Assembly: GCA_031403995.1 (NCBI GenBank)
Contig: JANNGS010000042.1
Span: 4,173-68,172 of the forward strand
Origin: Thermoanaerobaculia bacterium
GTDB taxonomy: Bacteria; Acidobacteriota; Thermoanaerobaculia; Multivoradales; JAGPDF01
Reading direction: 5' to 3'
DNA length: 64,000 bases
Shown: positions 1 through 9,761 of the stretch, in pieces
Numbering within the stretch: the stretch's first letter is position 1
Layout: every line of letters begins with the position of its first letter
Notes under the pieces: generated by a model
Databases searched by the model: none
The model's input: only the letters and a program-made list of their open reading frames with translations
What the model was told of the DNA's origin: nothing
Made by a program: the position numbers and the translations under genes

Positions 1-260
1 AGAAGCATCTTGTTGCTCTCCTGCATGCGGATCGCCTGGCCGAGCTCGGCATCGGTGATGAAACCGTGGCTGACCAGAAAGGCGCCGAGATGCTCCTTCG
101 GGTCGGTCGAGGCCGACGAGACGATCATCCCGTCGCGGAAGAAGATCTGCTTCGTGACCTTGCCGTTCTCGACCACGAGCGTACCGGTCTTCTGGGCTCC
201 GGAGAGCCACTGAAGGAGCTCCGCGAGCTCCATGGTCTTGAGATTTCCCGTAATGCTCAT
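1..260 (-). CDS. DUF4388 domain protein, partial (start codon at 260-258; C-terminus runs off the left window edge)
   Basis: Reverse translation from 260 gives MSITGNLKTMELAELLQWLSGAQKTGTLVVENGKVTKQIFFRDGMIVSS..., the GxL..F.L.D.LQ....KTG.L motif of DUF4388 N-terminal domains. High GC3 on the minus strand. Confidence 0.5.
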   Translation of the reverse strand, partial: MSITGNLKTMELAELLQWLSGAQKTGTLVVENGKVTKQIFFRDGMIVSSASTDPKEHLGAFLVSHGFITDAELGQAIRMQESNKML

Positions 261-366
261 CGCGTTCGCCGAAGCCCTTGATTATAGCCGCCGCGGAGAG
301 GGTCGCGGCGTGGTGCCGGCTTCGGGTGGAAGCGCATCTCCGGCGGCAGGTGCGCGAACGACGGGG

Positions 367-855
367 CTACTTGCGCGCGATCGTGGTGCCGCGCTGGCCC
401 TGATAGTGCGATGACGAGCCTGGCTCGCCGTAGGCTACTTCCGGCTCCGACTCCATGGCGACGAAGATCAGCTGGGCAATCCGCCGGTTGGCATCGAGCA
501 CGAACGGCGTCGGACCGAGATTCTGGAGCTCCAGTGTGATGTTGCCCTGGAATCCCGGGTCGCACCAGCCGGCGAGCGAGTGGTTGATCCACAACCGGCC
601 GAGGGTCGACTTGAGCTTGAGGTCGCAGGCGACCGTGCGGGGGATCCGCACGTACTCGAGTGTCGACGCCAGGACGACCTCGCCGGGGAAGAGCTTGATG
701 TGCGGCGCGCGAAACTCCTCCGGGTCCCGGGTGGGGCAAATCCAGTGGTCCGAGAGCCGGACGTCGAACGATGCCGAGTTGATCTGCGACGGCTCGTAGG
801 GCTCGACGCCTCCGCCCTCGGCCCAGGCGCGGATCCAGTGGTCGGGTTTGATCAT
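367..855 (-). CDS. dcd: dCTP deaminase
   Basis: 162-aa ORF matching the dCTP deaminase/dUTPase fold pattern across its full length (MIKPDHWIRAW...PGFQGNITLELQN...). ATG at 855-853. Confidence 0.85.
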   Translation of the reverse strand: MIKPDHWIRAWAEGGGVEPYEPSQINSASFDVRLSDHWICPTRDPEEFRAPHIKLFPGEVVLASTLEYVRIPRTVACDLKLKSTLGRLWINHSLAGWCDPGFQGNITLELQNLGPTPFVLDANRRIAQLIFVAMESEPEVAYGEPGSSSHYQGQRGTTIARK

Positions 856-885
856 CGGAGCGTCGGCTACTCTCTTCGGAAGCGG

Positions 886-1872
886 TCAGACGTCGAAATA
901 GGCGGGCGTCGAAAGGTCTTCGCGGTGAATCGTGTCGACGAAGCGGATCATCTTGCGTGACAGCGACATGAAGAGCGTGTGCGTGCGCGAGCCGCCGCCG
1001 AAGAAGCGCACGCCGTGCAGAAGCTCGCCGTCGGTGACGCCGCTGCACGACAACAGGATCTGGTCTCCCGGCGCCAGGTCCTCCGTCTGGTAGATGCGGG
1101 AAAGGTCGTGATAGCCGAGTGCCGCGAGGCGCGCCTTCTGCGCGTCGTCGGAGGCCACCAGCCGCGCCTGGATCTCGCCGCCCAGGCAGCGCATGGCGGC
1201 GGCGGTGATCACGCCCTCGGGCGCGCCGCCGGTTCCGAACACGGCGTGCACGCCCGTGCCGCGGACCGCCGCGGCGATGCCGGCCGAGAGATCTCCGTCG
1301 CCGATCAGGCGAATGCGGGCGCCGGCCGCGCGGATGTCGGCGATCAACTGATCGTGGCGCGGACGGTCGAGCACGACGATCGTCAGATCTTCGATGTCCC
1401 TGGAGAAGGCCTTGGCGAGCGCGCGCAGGTTCTCGATCACCGGAGCGTCGATGTGGACCCGGCCCTTGGCGGTCGGCCCGACGATGATCTTCTGCATGTG
1501 GCTGTCGGGCGCATGCAGCAGGCCGCCGCGTTCGGCCGCGGCGAGCACCGCCGTGGCATCCGGCGCACCGGTGGCGCAGAGGTTGGTGCCTTCGAGCGGG
1601 TCGACCGCGATGTCGACGCCGACTCCGTCGGGACTGCCTTTCAGCGCTCCGACCTCTTCGCCGATGTAGAGCATCGGCGCCTCGTCGCGTTCGCCCTCGC
1701 CGATGACGATGCGACCGGCGATCGCCAGCCCGTCGAGCTCATGCCGCATCGCCTCGACGGCGACCCGGTCCGACTTCTTGCGGTCGCCGAGCCCCATGGT
1801 GCGCGCGGCGGCGATCGCCGCCTGCTCGGTGACCCGGATGAAGTCCTGTTCGAGATTGCGGTCGATCGCCAT
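886..1872 (-). CDS. glpX: fructose-1,6-bisphosphatase class II
   Basis: 328-aa ORF with GlpX-type pattern ([24 protein letters not shown]...[21 protein letters not shown]). Start ATG overlaps the upstream stop (ATGA at 1872). Confidence 0.85.
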   Translation of the reverse strand: MAIDRNLEQDFIRVTEQAAIAAARTMGLGDRKKSDRVAVEAMRHELDGLAIAGRIVIGEGERDEAPMLYIGEEVGALKGSPDGVGVDIAVDPLEGTNLCATGAPDATAVLAAAERGGLLHAPDSHMQKIIVGPTAKGRVHIDAPVIENLRALAKAFSRDIEDLTIVVLDRPRHDQLIADIRAAGARIRLIGDGDLSAGIAAAVRGTGVHAVFGTGGAPEGVITAAAMRCLGGEIQARLVASDDAQKARLAALGYHDLSRIYQTEDLAPGDQILLSCSGVTDGELLHGVRFFGGGSRTHTLFMSLSRKMIRFVDTIHREDLSTPAYFDV

Positions 1873-3125
1873 CAGCCCGGCGCTCCGGAGGTGCCCTTGG
1901 TTCCGGCGGGCTGCGCCGCCTGCGGCTTCTTTTCGGTCACCATCGGCGGATTGTAGGCGGCGATTCCAGTTACCGCTTCGCCGATCACCAGGCCATGAAT
2001 GTCGTGCGTGCCTTCATAGGTGAAGACCGATTCGATGTTCAGCATGTGGCGGATGACCGGATAGTCGTCCACGATGCCGTTCGCGCCCAGAATCTCCCGC
2101 GAAATGCGGGCGCATTCGCGCGCCACCCAGACGTTGTTGCGCTTGCCCATCGAAACATGGTGCGGCTTGAGCTTTCCGGCGTCCTTGAGCTTGCCCATCT
2201 GCAGGGCGAGGAACTGCCCTTTGGTGATCTCGGTGATCATCCAGGCGAGCTTCTCCTGCACGAGTTGGTGGCTGGCGATCGGCTGCCCCATGAACTGAAT
2301 CCGCTGCTTCGAATACTCGAGGGCGGTGTAGTAGCACTCCATCGCTGCGCCCAGGCCACCCCAGGCGATGCCGTAGCGCGCCTGCGTGAGGCAGGAGAGC
2401 GGCCCGCGCAGACCCTTGGCGCCGGGCAGGATGGCGTCGTCAGGAACATGGCAGTCGTGCAGGCCGAGCTCGGAGGTCGTCGAGGCGCGCAGCGAGAACT
2501 TGCCGTGCTGGTCCGAGGAGGTGTATCCCGGAGCGCCCTTTTCGACCAGGAAGCCGCGGATGCCGCCGACGGAGTCGTCGGTCTGCGCCCAGACCACCGC
2601 GACGTCGGCCAAGGTGCCGTTGGTGATCCACTGCTTGGCGCCGTTCAGGACCCAGCCGTCGGCGACTTTCTTCGCCGTGGTGCGCATGCCGCCGGGATTC
2701 GATCCGAAATCGGGCTCGGTGAGGCCGAAGCAGCCGATCGCCTCGCCGGTGGCCATCTTCGGGATCCAGCGGTCTTTCTGGGCTTTGGATCCGTAGGTGA
2801 AGATCGGGTACATGACGAGCGACGACTGCACCGAGACGAAGCTGCGCAGGCCCGAATCGCCGCGCTCGAGCTCGGTCATGATGAGTCCGTAGGCGACGTT
2901 GTCCAGCCCCGGAAGGCCGTACTCGTCGATTGTCGCGCCGAACAGGTTCATCCGCCCCATCTCCGGCACCAGTTCGAGCGGCGTGCGGCCGTCGCGGTGA
3001 CACTCCTCGATGATCGGTTTGACCTTTTCGTCCACGAAGGCGCGGACGGAGTCACGCACCAGGCGCTGCTCTTCGGTGAGCAGCGCGTCGAAATCCATGT
3101 AGTCGACGCCGGGAAAACGGTTCAC
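1872..3125 (-). CDS. acyl-CoA dehydrogenase, glutaryl-CoA dehydrogenase-like
   Basis: 417 aa. N-terminal [13 protein letters not shown] and overall ACAD fold pattern typical of GCDH. ~25-aa low-complexity C-terminal tail. Confidence 0.8.
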   Translation of the reverse strand: MNRFPGVDYMDFDALLTEEQRLVRDSVRAFVDEKVKPIIEECHRDGRTPLELVPEMGRMNLFGATIDEYGLPGLDNVAYGLIMTELERGDSGLRSFVSVQSSLVMYPIFTYGSKAQKDRWIPKMATGEAIGCFGLTEPDFGSNPGGMRTTAKKVADGWVLNGAKQWITNGTLADVAVVWAQTDDSVGGIRGFLVEKGAPGYTSSDQHGKFSLRASTTSELGLHDCHVPDDAILPGAKGLRGPLSCLTQARYGIAWGGLGAAMECYYTALEYSKQRIQFMGQPIASHQLVQEKLAWMITEITKGQFLALQMGKLKDAGKLKPHHVSMGKRNNVWVARECARISREILGANGIVDDYPVIRHMLNIESVFTYEGTHDIHGLVIGEAVTGIAAYNPPMVTEKKPQAAQPAGTKGTSGAPG

Positions 3126-3259
3126 TGGGACCTCCTCGAGCCTCCAGATGGGCGGGTGAAACGGGGCCGGATTTGGAGCCGGCCGGACGGCGGAATACTA
3201 ACACGCGGGTCCGCTATGATCCGGCGGTGCCCAACTTCTCCGGCGGCAGCGCGTTCGCG

Positions 3260-3517
3260 ATGGCGAAGGACATTGCCGAGGGTTATCTCCTGGTGACCGA
3301 GCGCACCTTTCAGCGCTTCGAACCGGCGCAGCTCGAGCAGTTGGCGTTCGAGCTCGAGCGCGCGCAGCGCGACATTCGCGGTGTTCTGTCGGCTACCGAC
3401 GACATGGCGACGATCCAGCAGCGCAACCGCAAGCTGCAACGGCTGACCCAGGCGATCTCGATGTTGCGTGGCGTCCAGACGCGCACCCGGTCGCGGCTGG
3501 TGCGGAAGAAGGACTGA
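3260..3517 (+). CDS. hypothetical protein
   Basis: Internal ATG (MAKDIAEGY...) of ORF 3173..3517. No recognisable domain. Start choice uncertain. Confidence 0.3.
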   Translation: MAKDIAEGYLLVTERTFQRFEPAQLEQLAFELERAQRDIRGVLSATDDMATIQQRNRKLQRLTQAISMLRGVQTRTRSRLVRKKD

Positions 3518-3525
3518 CAGCTTCC

Positions 3526-4401
3526 GTGGAGGCGGTGCGGACGATCGGGCCGGTGGTCGCGGCGCTCGGCGCCGTGCTGCTGTTCGACCACATGACGCGG
3601 CGCCGGGGGCTCGACCCGCCGGGGTTCGCCGAACCACTCCGGCGGATCGCGGCCACGGCGTTGTTGGCCTTCTGTTTCTATGTCGGTGTGTTCGCCGCGC
3701 TGGGATCGATTGGCAGGCAGGGCGAGGTCGACTTGAGCCAGCTCGCCAGCTGGCAGCTCTTCACGCTGCACGCGCTCTTCGCCCTGACGATCGTCGGCTG
3801 GTGGGCCAGCGGATTCCTCGCTCTGTCGCCGATTCGAACGGTCTCCGGAGGCCCGCCGGGCGACACCGGCGCCACCATCGTTGCGCCCTCCGCGTGGACG
3901 AGTTTCTCCGAGCAGCTAGGGCTGCGGGTGGCGAACCTGCGCCGCGAGCTCGCCATCGGCGCGGTTGCGGGTGTCGGCGCCTGGCTCGCCGTCCTCGCTG
4001 CCGTCTTCGTTTTCGCGCTGGCGCTCTCCGCGCTCTCGGGGGAGGAGTTGCTGCCCCAGTCACCGCCGGCGGTCATCCCCTGGCTCGCCGGGCGTCCGAT
4101 CCTCCTGCGGCTGGCTATCGCCGCCTCGGCAGGCCTGGTCGAGGAGCTCTTCTTTCGCGGGTTCCTGCAGCCCCGTATCGGGATCGGCCTCTCGACGCTT
4201 TTCTTCGCTCTCGCGCACCTCTCCTACGATCAACCGATCATGCTCGTGGGCGTGACGCTCCTGTCGGTGCTGTACGGACTCCTGACTCTCTGGCGGCAGA
4301 ACATCTGGCCGGCGATCGTGGCGCATTTCCTCTTCGACGCCATCCAACTCCTGGTCGTCATCCCGGCGGTCCTCGAGCTCTTCCGACCCGGCGGTCGATG
4401 A
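3526..4401 (+). CDS. CPBP family intramembrane metalloprotease (CAAX protease-like)
   Basis: Multi-TM protein with CPBP motifs EELFFRGFLQ, FALAHLSY and AHFLFDAI. Confidence 0.75.
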   Translation: MEAVRTIGPVVAALGAVLLFDHMTRRRGLDPPGFAEPLRRIAATALLAFCFYVGVFAALGSIGRQGEVDLSQLASWQLFTLHALFALTIVGWWASGFLALSPIRTVSGGPPGDTGATIVAPSAWTSFSEQLGLRVANLRRELAIGAVAGVGAWLAVLAAVFVFALALSALSGEELLPQSPPAVIPWLAGRPILLRLAIAASAGLVEELFFRGFLQPRIGIGLSTLFFALAHLSYDQPIMLVGVTLLSVLYGLLTLWRQNIWPAIVAHFLFDAIQLLVVIPAVLELFRPGGR

Positions 4402-4459
4402 AGATTCGAGGGACTTTTCGCCGCCGGACGTTCTGCTAGACTTCGCGCGGTTTCTACCC

Positions 4460-4912
4460 ATGACTTCGACCGCGGGACGGGAGCTTCACCTGACGATTGG
4501 CAGCCGGTTCGAGAACATCGAGCTGGTGCAGGCGGTCGTGGACGATGCGCTGCGCGAGGGCGGCGCCACCGAAGACGCCCGACACTGGATCGGGCTCGCG
4601 CTGCGCGAGGCGGTGGCCAACGCCATCAAGCACGGCAACCTCCAGGACCCCGAGAAGCAGGTGGAGATTCAGGCCAACTTCGCGCCGGAGGAGGTCGAGA
4701 TCCGGATCGACGACGAGGGCGCCGGCTTCGATCCGCAGGGAGTAGTCGATCCCCTGGCTCCCGAGAATCTCTTCCGCGCCAGCGGCCGGGGCATTTTCTA
4801 CATGCGAAAGTTCATGGACGAAGTCGAGTTCGAATCAGGTCCATCCGGCGGAACGAGATTGCGCCTGCGCAAGCGGCTCGTTCCGGTCACCAACGCCACC
4901 AACGAACGATAG
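4460..4912 (+). CDS. anti-sigma regulatory factor (RsbW/SpoIIAB-type serine protein kinase)
   Basis: HATPase_c N-box (EAVANAIKHG), G1 (DDEGAGFD) and G2 (GRGIFYM) in a 150-aa protein. Directly followed by a STAS protein. Confidence 0.7.
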   Translation: MTSTAGRELHLTIGSRFENIELVQAVVDDALREGGATEDARHWIGLALREAVANAIKHGNLQDPEKQVEIQANFAPEEVEIRIDDEGAGFDPQGVVDPLAPENLFRASGRGIFYMRKFMDEVEFESGPSGGTRLRLRKRLVPVTNATNER

Positions 4913-4925
4913 GAGGAGTGGAGTC

Positions 4926-5261
4926 ATGAAGATCACCAAGCGGGAAAAGAATGGCGTGACGATTCTCGAGGTCGAGGGCAAGGTCACGATCGGCAAGGGC
5001 GACGTCGTCTTGCGTGAAGCGGTGCTCCAGGCGATCGGCGAGGGTCCGGCGAAGCTGCTGATCAACCTCGGCGAGGTCACCACGATCGACTCCTCGGGCG
5101 TGGGCGAACTGGTCAGCGCCTACACGACGGTCACCAATCGCGGTGGCAAGCTGAAGCTCGTCAACATGCCGCCGAAGGTCAGCGACATCCTGCAGATCAC
5201 CCAGTTGATCACGGTGTTCGAGGTGTTCGAGACCGAAGACGAAGCAGTTCAGTCCTTCTGA
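4926..5261 (+). CDS. STAS-domain anti-sigma factor antagonist (RsbV/SpoIIAA-like)
   Basis: 111 aa. ...TTIDSSGVGELV... phosphorylatable-Ser region typical of anti-anti-sigma factors. Confidence 0.8.
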   Translation: MKITKREKNGVTILEVEGKVTIGKGDVVLREAVLQAIGEGPAKLLINLGEVTTIDSSGVGELVSAYTTVTNRGGKLKLVNMPPKVSDILQITQLITVFEVFETEDEAVQSF

Positions 5262-5328
5262 CCTGACGACAACCTCGGACCCGCCTTTCTCGCGCCTCGA
5301 CCCGCGCCTCGCCGGTTTTTCGGCGCAG

Positions 5329-6234
5329 GTGGAGGCGCGTCTGCCTGCGCTGCTGCCGGCGGAAGACCTGCGCCCGGAGCAGGTGCATCGTGCGATGCGC
5401 TACGCGGTGCTTTCACCGGGCAAGCGCGTCCGCCCGATGCTGGCCCTGGCCGCGGCCGAGATGCTCGGCGGAGTACCCGATGACGCCCTGGATGTAGGCT
5501 GCGCGGTGGAGCTGGTGCACTGCTGCTCGCTGGTGCTCGACGACCTGCCGGCGATGGACGATGCCCACCTGCGCCGCGGGCGGCCCGCGGTGCACCGCGA
5601 GTTCGGCGAGGACGTCGCGCTGCTCGCCGCCTTCGCTCTGCTCAACCGCGGATATGGACTCGTCGCCGAAGCGTCGCAGCGACTTCGCCTCTCGCGCTAC
5701 AGCCCGGAAGAGCTGCTGCATCACCTGGCGCAGGCGATCGGAACCGCCGGTCTCATCGGCGGCCAGGCGCTCGACCTGTCGAGCGGCCTCGGTTCCCCGG
5801 CGCTCTCCGACCTCGAGTACATCCACAGCCACAAGACCGGCGCACTGTTCCTCGCGGCGGCGGAGCTCGGGGCGATGGCGGTCGACGCTCGTCGCCGCGA
5901 TCTCGAGGCCGTCGGCGCCTTCGCCAAGAACCTCGGGCTCGCCTTCCAGATCGAGGACGATCTGCTGGACGTCCTGGCGACGAGCGCGGAGACCGGCAAG
6001 GATGCCGGACAGGACGCCGACAAGGCGACGTTCGTGAAGCTGCTGGGGGTAGAAGGCGCGCGCGCTTTGGCCGACGAGCTGCTCGAGTTCGCGCTCGCCT
6101 CGGTGGCGCCCTTCGGGCGCAAGGCCGATGTGCTGCGCGCGCTGGTAGAGCTCGTCCGCGATCATGGACGTCATGCGAGCGAGGGGATCCAGGGGAGCCC
6201 GGCCCGCCAGCACCGCCGCGCCGCCGATGAGTGA
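5329..6234 (+). CDS. polyprenyl diphosphate synthase (FPP/GGPP synthase family)
   Basis: FARM LVLDDLPAMDD and SARM FQIEDDLLD aspartate-rich motifs. Confidence 0.85.
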   Translation: MEARLPALLPAEDLRPEQVHRAMRYAVLSPGKRVRPMLALAAAEMLGGVPDDALDVGCAVELVHCCSLVLDDLPAMDDAHLRRGRPAVHREFGEDVALLAAFALLNRGYGLVAEASQRLRLSRYSPEELLHHLAQAIGTAGLIGGQALDLSSGLGSPALSDLEYIHSHKTGALFLAAAELGAMAVDARRRDLEAVGAFAKNLGLAFQIEDDLLDVLATSAETGKDAGQDADKATFVKLLGVEGARALADELLEFALASVAPFGRKADVLRALVELVRDHGRHASEGIQGSPARQHRRAADE

Positions 6235-8071
6235 TCCGCGCGCACTCGAGATCGCGCGGCGCGAGCTGCAGCGGCTCGGATACCTGTCTCATCGAGTCGA
6301 GAGATTCCTGCTGCGCGACGCGCTCGAGCCGGTCGGAGAGCCTCGGGCCGTCGCGCTTCTCGCGGCGAAGGTCGGGCTGCTGGCGGGAGTGCTGCTGGCG
6401 CTCGCAAATACCCTGGCTCTCGCCTCGGCCAACAGCCTCTTCGCGACCTCGCCGGTCGATCTGCTGCCGCTTTTTCTGCACCTCCTGCCGCCGCTGGTGG
6501 TGGCGGCGGCGGTCGGGTTCGTCGCCGTCGTAGCCGGATTTCTCTTCGCCCTCAAGCTCTTCCCCAGGCGCAGCCTCGAGTGGCTGATTCTCGGCGTGAC
6601 CTTTCTGGCGACCTCCCTGCTTTTCGGCTGGGCGGTCTTGCGGGCGTCGGACCTGCTTCTCGAGCTTCCGCGATGGCAGCGGGTGGTCGCCGGATTGGCC
6701 TTGCCGCTGGTCGCCGCGGCGGTGGCGAAACTGCTCGCCAACGGCCTGCTGTCGATCGCCATCCGCCTGACGCGATTGACCCCCCGCGAACGCCTGGTCT
6801 CGCGAAAGACCATCGTGACCGTGACCTTCGCGACCCTGGCTCTCGTCTCCGCGGTGGCCGTCGTTCTGCCCCAGCGGGCTCCGGTGGCGGCTCCGACTTC
6901 GCTGCCAAGATCCGCGGGCGAGAGGGTCCTGCTCCTCGGCCTCGACGGCATTCTGGCGGAAGAGTTCGACTACCTCCTGGCGCGCGGCTCGCTGCGGACG
7001 ATGGCACGCCTGGTCGAGGGCGGGGCAGTCGTGGCGAGCTACCGGCGCGCCGCCGACCTCGAGCCGGCCGAATTCTGGACGACGGTGGCGACGGGCGTCG
7101 GCGGCGCGCGCCACGGTGTCCGGGCCCTCGACAGCTTTCGCCCGCTGGGTCTCGAAACCGCCCTCGCGCGCAGTGGGCCATGGCGTTTGTGGTGGTCCGC
7201 GGTGGCCGTGCCGCTCGGCCTCGCCGAGCATCGGCCGCTGCTCGCGAACCGGCGGACGGCGTTCACCTTCTGGGAGCTCTCGGCGCGCGGCGGGGCGCCG
7301 GCGGCGGTCGTCGATTGGTGGGCCACCTTCCCACCCGAGCCGCTCGCCGGGCTGGTGGTTTCGCACGGCGCGTTTCAGCTGCTTCTCGACGGCCATCCAG
7401 GGGCCGTCGCGCCGGCCGACCGCGCGGCCGATCTGGCGCGCCTGGCGCGCGCGATCGAGCCCGGTCCTGCGGGCGCGACGCTCGCAGCCGCGCTGCCGAC
7501 GGACCTGGCTCGCGAGCTCCTCCGCCGGGCGATCCTCCCGGACCGGTTCTATCGTGAGGTCGCGCGGATCGAGGCGGCGAAACGACCGCAGGCGATGGCG
7601 CTCTACCTACCGTCCATCGACCTGGTCGCCGAAGGGTGGATCGGGGGCGATGTCGCCCTCGCCGATCTGGTGCGCGCCGAGCTCGAAGAGACGGACGCTC
7701 TGGTCGGCGAACTGGCGGAAGGTCTCGGCACGATGATTGTCGTGCTCGATCCCGGGCGCCGGAACGGCAAGGAGGGGAGGGTGCTCATCGTCCGCTCTCC
7801 CGGCGCCGCAGTCCCCGACCCGGCGGTCTCCCGGCCCCCCGCGTGCCGCATGGCGGCCGGCCTGACGGTCGCCCCCGAGGAGCTGGCGTCGGCGCTGATT
7901 CGGTCGCTGGGCCTGCCGCAGAGCGCCGAGCTTCCCGAGCCGCCGGCGTTCTGCACCTGGACCGTGCCGCCGGCGCGCCTCGCCGGCTACGGCGAGCGCG
8001 CACCGAACTCCGAGATGCCGGGCGACAGCCGCGACTATCTCGAGAACCTGCGCTCGCTGGGATATCTCTAG
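6227..8071 (+). CDS. membrane-anchored alkaline-phosphatase-superfamily protein (type I phosphodiesterase/nucleotide pyrophosphatase-like)
   Basis: ATG at 6227 overlaps the upstream stop (ATGA). About 230 aa of TM helices, then RVLLLGLDGILAEEF..., an AP-like metal-site pattern similar to the gene at 12200. Confidence 0.55.
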   Translation: MSDPRALEIARRELQRLGYLSHRVERFLLRDALEPVGEPRAVALLAAKVGLLAGVLLALANTLALASANSLFATSPVDLLPLFLHLLPPLVVAAAVGFVAVVAGFLFALKLFPRRSLEWLILGVTFLATSLLFGWAVLRASDLLLELPRWQRVVAGLALPLVAAAVAKLLANGLLSIAIRLTRLTPRERLVSRKTIVTVTFATLALVSAVAVVLPQRAPVAAPTSLPRSAGERVLLLGLDGILAEEFDYLLARGSLRTMARLVEGGAVVASYRRAADLEPAEFWTTVATGVGGARHGVRALDSFRPLGLETALARSGPWRLWWSAVAVPLGLAEHRPLLANRRTAFTFWELSARGGAPAAVVDWWATFPPEPLAGLVVSHGAFQLLLDGHPGAVAPADRAADLARLARAIEPGPAGATLAAALPTDLARELLRRAILPDRFYREVARIEAAKRPQAMALYLPSIDLVAEGWIGGDVALADLVRAELEETDALVGELAEGLGTMIVVLDPGRRNGKEGRVLIVRSPGAAVPDPAVSRPPACRMAAGLTVAPEELASALIRSLGLPQSAELPEPPAFCTWTVPPARLAGYGERAPNSEMPGDSRDYLENLRSLGYL

Positions 8072-8102
8072 TGGAAGAAGAAGTAAAGGCGAAGTCGGGC
8101 GG

Positions 8103-8600
8103 TCAGTTCGACCAGCTGGCGGTCGTGCCGCCTTCGAAGCTGTCGGCGAACACCGGCTCGACCTGACGCTGGGTCGCGCCGGCCACACTGGCCGAATCAA
8201 GATCCGGCTGGTGGAGCCCTTGCCGGAACTCAATGCCGAGGGCAGCCAGCAGAACGGCCGCTGCGGCGAAGCCCAGCCAGCGGCGTTCGAGCCTGGTGCG
8301 TGGAGCAAAGCGGTCTGTCGCAGGCGAGCGCTGTACCTGGTCGCGCAGAGCCAGAAGCTCGTCGAACTCGCGCTGCAGGGCCGGATCGCCGGCCAGCCGA
8401 CTGGTGAACCGTTCGGCCTCCACCGGATCGAGTGTGCCGTCGACCGCCGCCTCGAGAAGCTCGTACGTCGGCGACTCCTCGTCGCGCTCACCGCGCGCCA
8501 GGAGACCGTCGAACACGGCCGTCAACTCAGCCTCGACCAAGGCAACTTCCGCCGGCGAGGTCTGGGGGGTGGGCAGGGAGCGGAGGTTAGAACGGTTCAT
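8103..8600 (-). CDS. putative membrane anti-sigma factor
   Basis: N-terminal anti-sigma-domain-like helix (YELLEAAVDGTLDPVEAERF...LQREFDELLAL), one TM segment (WLGFAAAAVLLAALGI), short periplasmic tail. Immediately downstream of a sigma-like gene. Confidence 0.45.
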   Translation of the reverse strand: MNRSNLRSLPTPQTSPAEVALVEAELTAVFDGLLARGERDEESPTYELLEAAVDGTLDPVEAERFTSRLAGDPALQREFDELLALRDQVQRSPATDRFAPRTRLERRWLGFAAAAVLLAALGIEFRQGLHQPDLDSASVAGATQRQVEPVFADSFEGGTTASWSN

Positions 8601-8666
8601 GTCGGCTCTCGAGGGGGGAGATGCGGAAAAAGGCCGTCGGTTACCGGCAGCCGCGAAGGATTTGGC

Positions 8667-9761
8667 TCAGCCTCCGGCGGGCGAGCGCTGGGTCCGCAGG
8701 CGCCGGGCGAGCCGCGCACGGGCGCTCTTGCGCAGGTTGATCACCTGCCGGGGGGTCAAGTCGAAGCGCCGGGCGATCGTCCGGTCGTCCAGCGGCAGGT
8801 CGCCCCAGAGCGTCGCGAGCTCCTTCTCGGAAAGGTCGAGCAGGTGGGCCAGCTCGCTCCGGGTCGCCAGGCCGGTGAGTGTCAGGAGTGCCAGCCGATC
8901 GCGCCCCTGATCGTCGCGCAGGTTGAGCAACAGGGCCCGCCGCTGTCCGACCGGCAGCTCGCGAACCTCCAGCCAGAGGGCGGTCAGGAACTGGCGCCCT
9001 TCGAGCTCCCGATGGGCGCCGGCGCGGGTCTCGGGCGGGTCCAGGCGAGCCTGAGCCTCGGGACCCTCGCGCTCCCCCCCATGCCCGTCGCCCTCGCTGT
9101 CGCCCGAAAGCGAGAGCAGCGGTCGGTCGCGGATGCCCAGGAGGTCGGCGACGGCGGTCTGCAGGTCGCGGAAGGCCCACGGGCGCCCTCGCCAGAGCAG
9201 CAGGCGGCGCACGAGGTCCGGCAGGGGGATCGCCTGCGCTGGGCCCGCAAGGGCAAGATCGCGCGGCTGCGGCGTCGCGGAGACCCCGGTGGTCGTCTCC
9301 GGCCGATCGGCGCCCTCGAACGTCCGCTCGCGCCAGGTGGCGAGGCCGCACAGCATGCCGCCGTCGCGACCCTCCCAGAGGGCGAGATCCGGGTCATGGC
9401 GCAGCAGGTACCGCAACTGGTTCTGCAGCCGGGTTCTTTCGGGGTGGCGGGCGCGCAGCCAGGCGCGGCAACCGTTCGCGCCGGTTGCCGCGACATAGGC
9501 GCGGAAGCTCTCGATCTCGACCTCCGGGTCGCCGGCGGACCACTGCTGGAGCTTCTCGGTCAAGCGCAGCAGGGCGGCGGAGTGGACTTCCTCCTGATCG
9601 GCGGTCGGTACCCCCGAGAGCTGGCTGCGAATGGTCCGCCACAGCAGCGGCGCTGCCTCCTCGATCAGCAGCCGCCCCAGAGCCTCGCTGGCCTCGGCAG
9701 GGGTCCTGCCTGCTGCCGCACGAAGGCCGGCGAGCAGCGGATCGGAGACCGTTGCGCTCAT
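8667..9761 (-). CDS. RNA polymerase sigma factor, ECF-like with extended linker
   Basis: Internal ATG (MSATVSDP...) of ORF 8667..10166. Region-2-like segment (EEVHSAALLRLTEKL...FRAYVAATGANGCRAWLR) and C-terminal region-4 HTH (TIARRFDLTPRQVINLRKSARARLARRL). Start overlaps the MFS stop. Confidence 0.55.
   Translation of the reverse strand: MSATVSDPLLAGLRAAAGRTPAEASEALGRLLIEEAAPLLWRTIRSQLSGVPTADQEEVHSAALLRLTEKLQQWSAGDPEVEIESFRAYVAATGANGCRAWLRARHPERTRLQNQLRYLLRHDPDLALWEGRDGGMLCGLATWRERTFEGADRPETTTGVSATPQPRDLALAGPAQAIPLPDLVRRLLLWRGRPWAFRDLQTAVADLLGIRDRPLLSLSGDSEGDGHGGEREGPEAQARLDPPETRAGAHRELEGRQFLTALWLEVRELPVGQRRALLLNLRDDQGRDRLALLTLTGLATRSELAHLLDLSEKELATLWGDLPLDDRTIARRFDLTPRQVINLRKSARARLARRLRTQRSPAGG

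Noticed and set aside
3393-4461. Several Arg/Pro-rich ORFs (3393..3656, 3468..4439, 4060..4461) overlapping the CPBP protease gene
   Set aside because: Alternative frames of a clear membrane protease gene.
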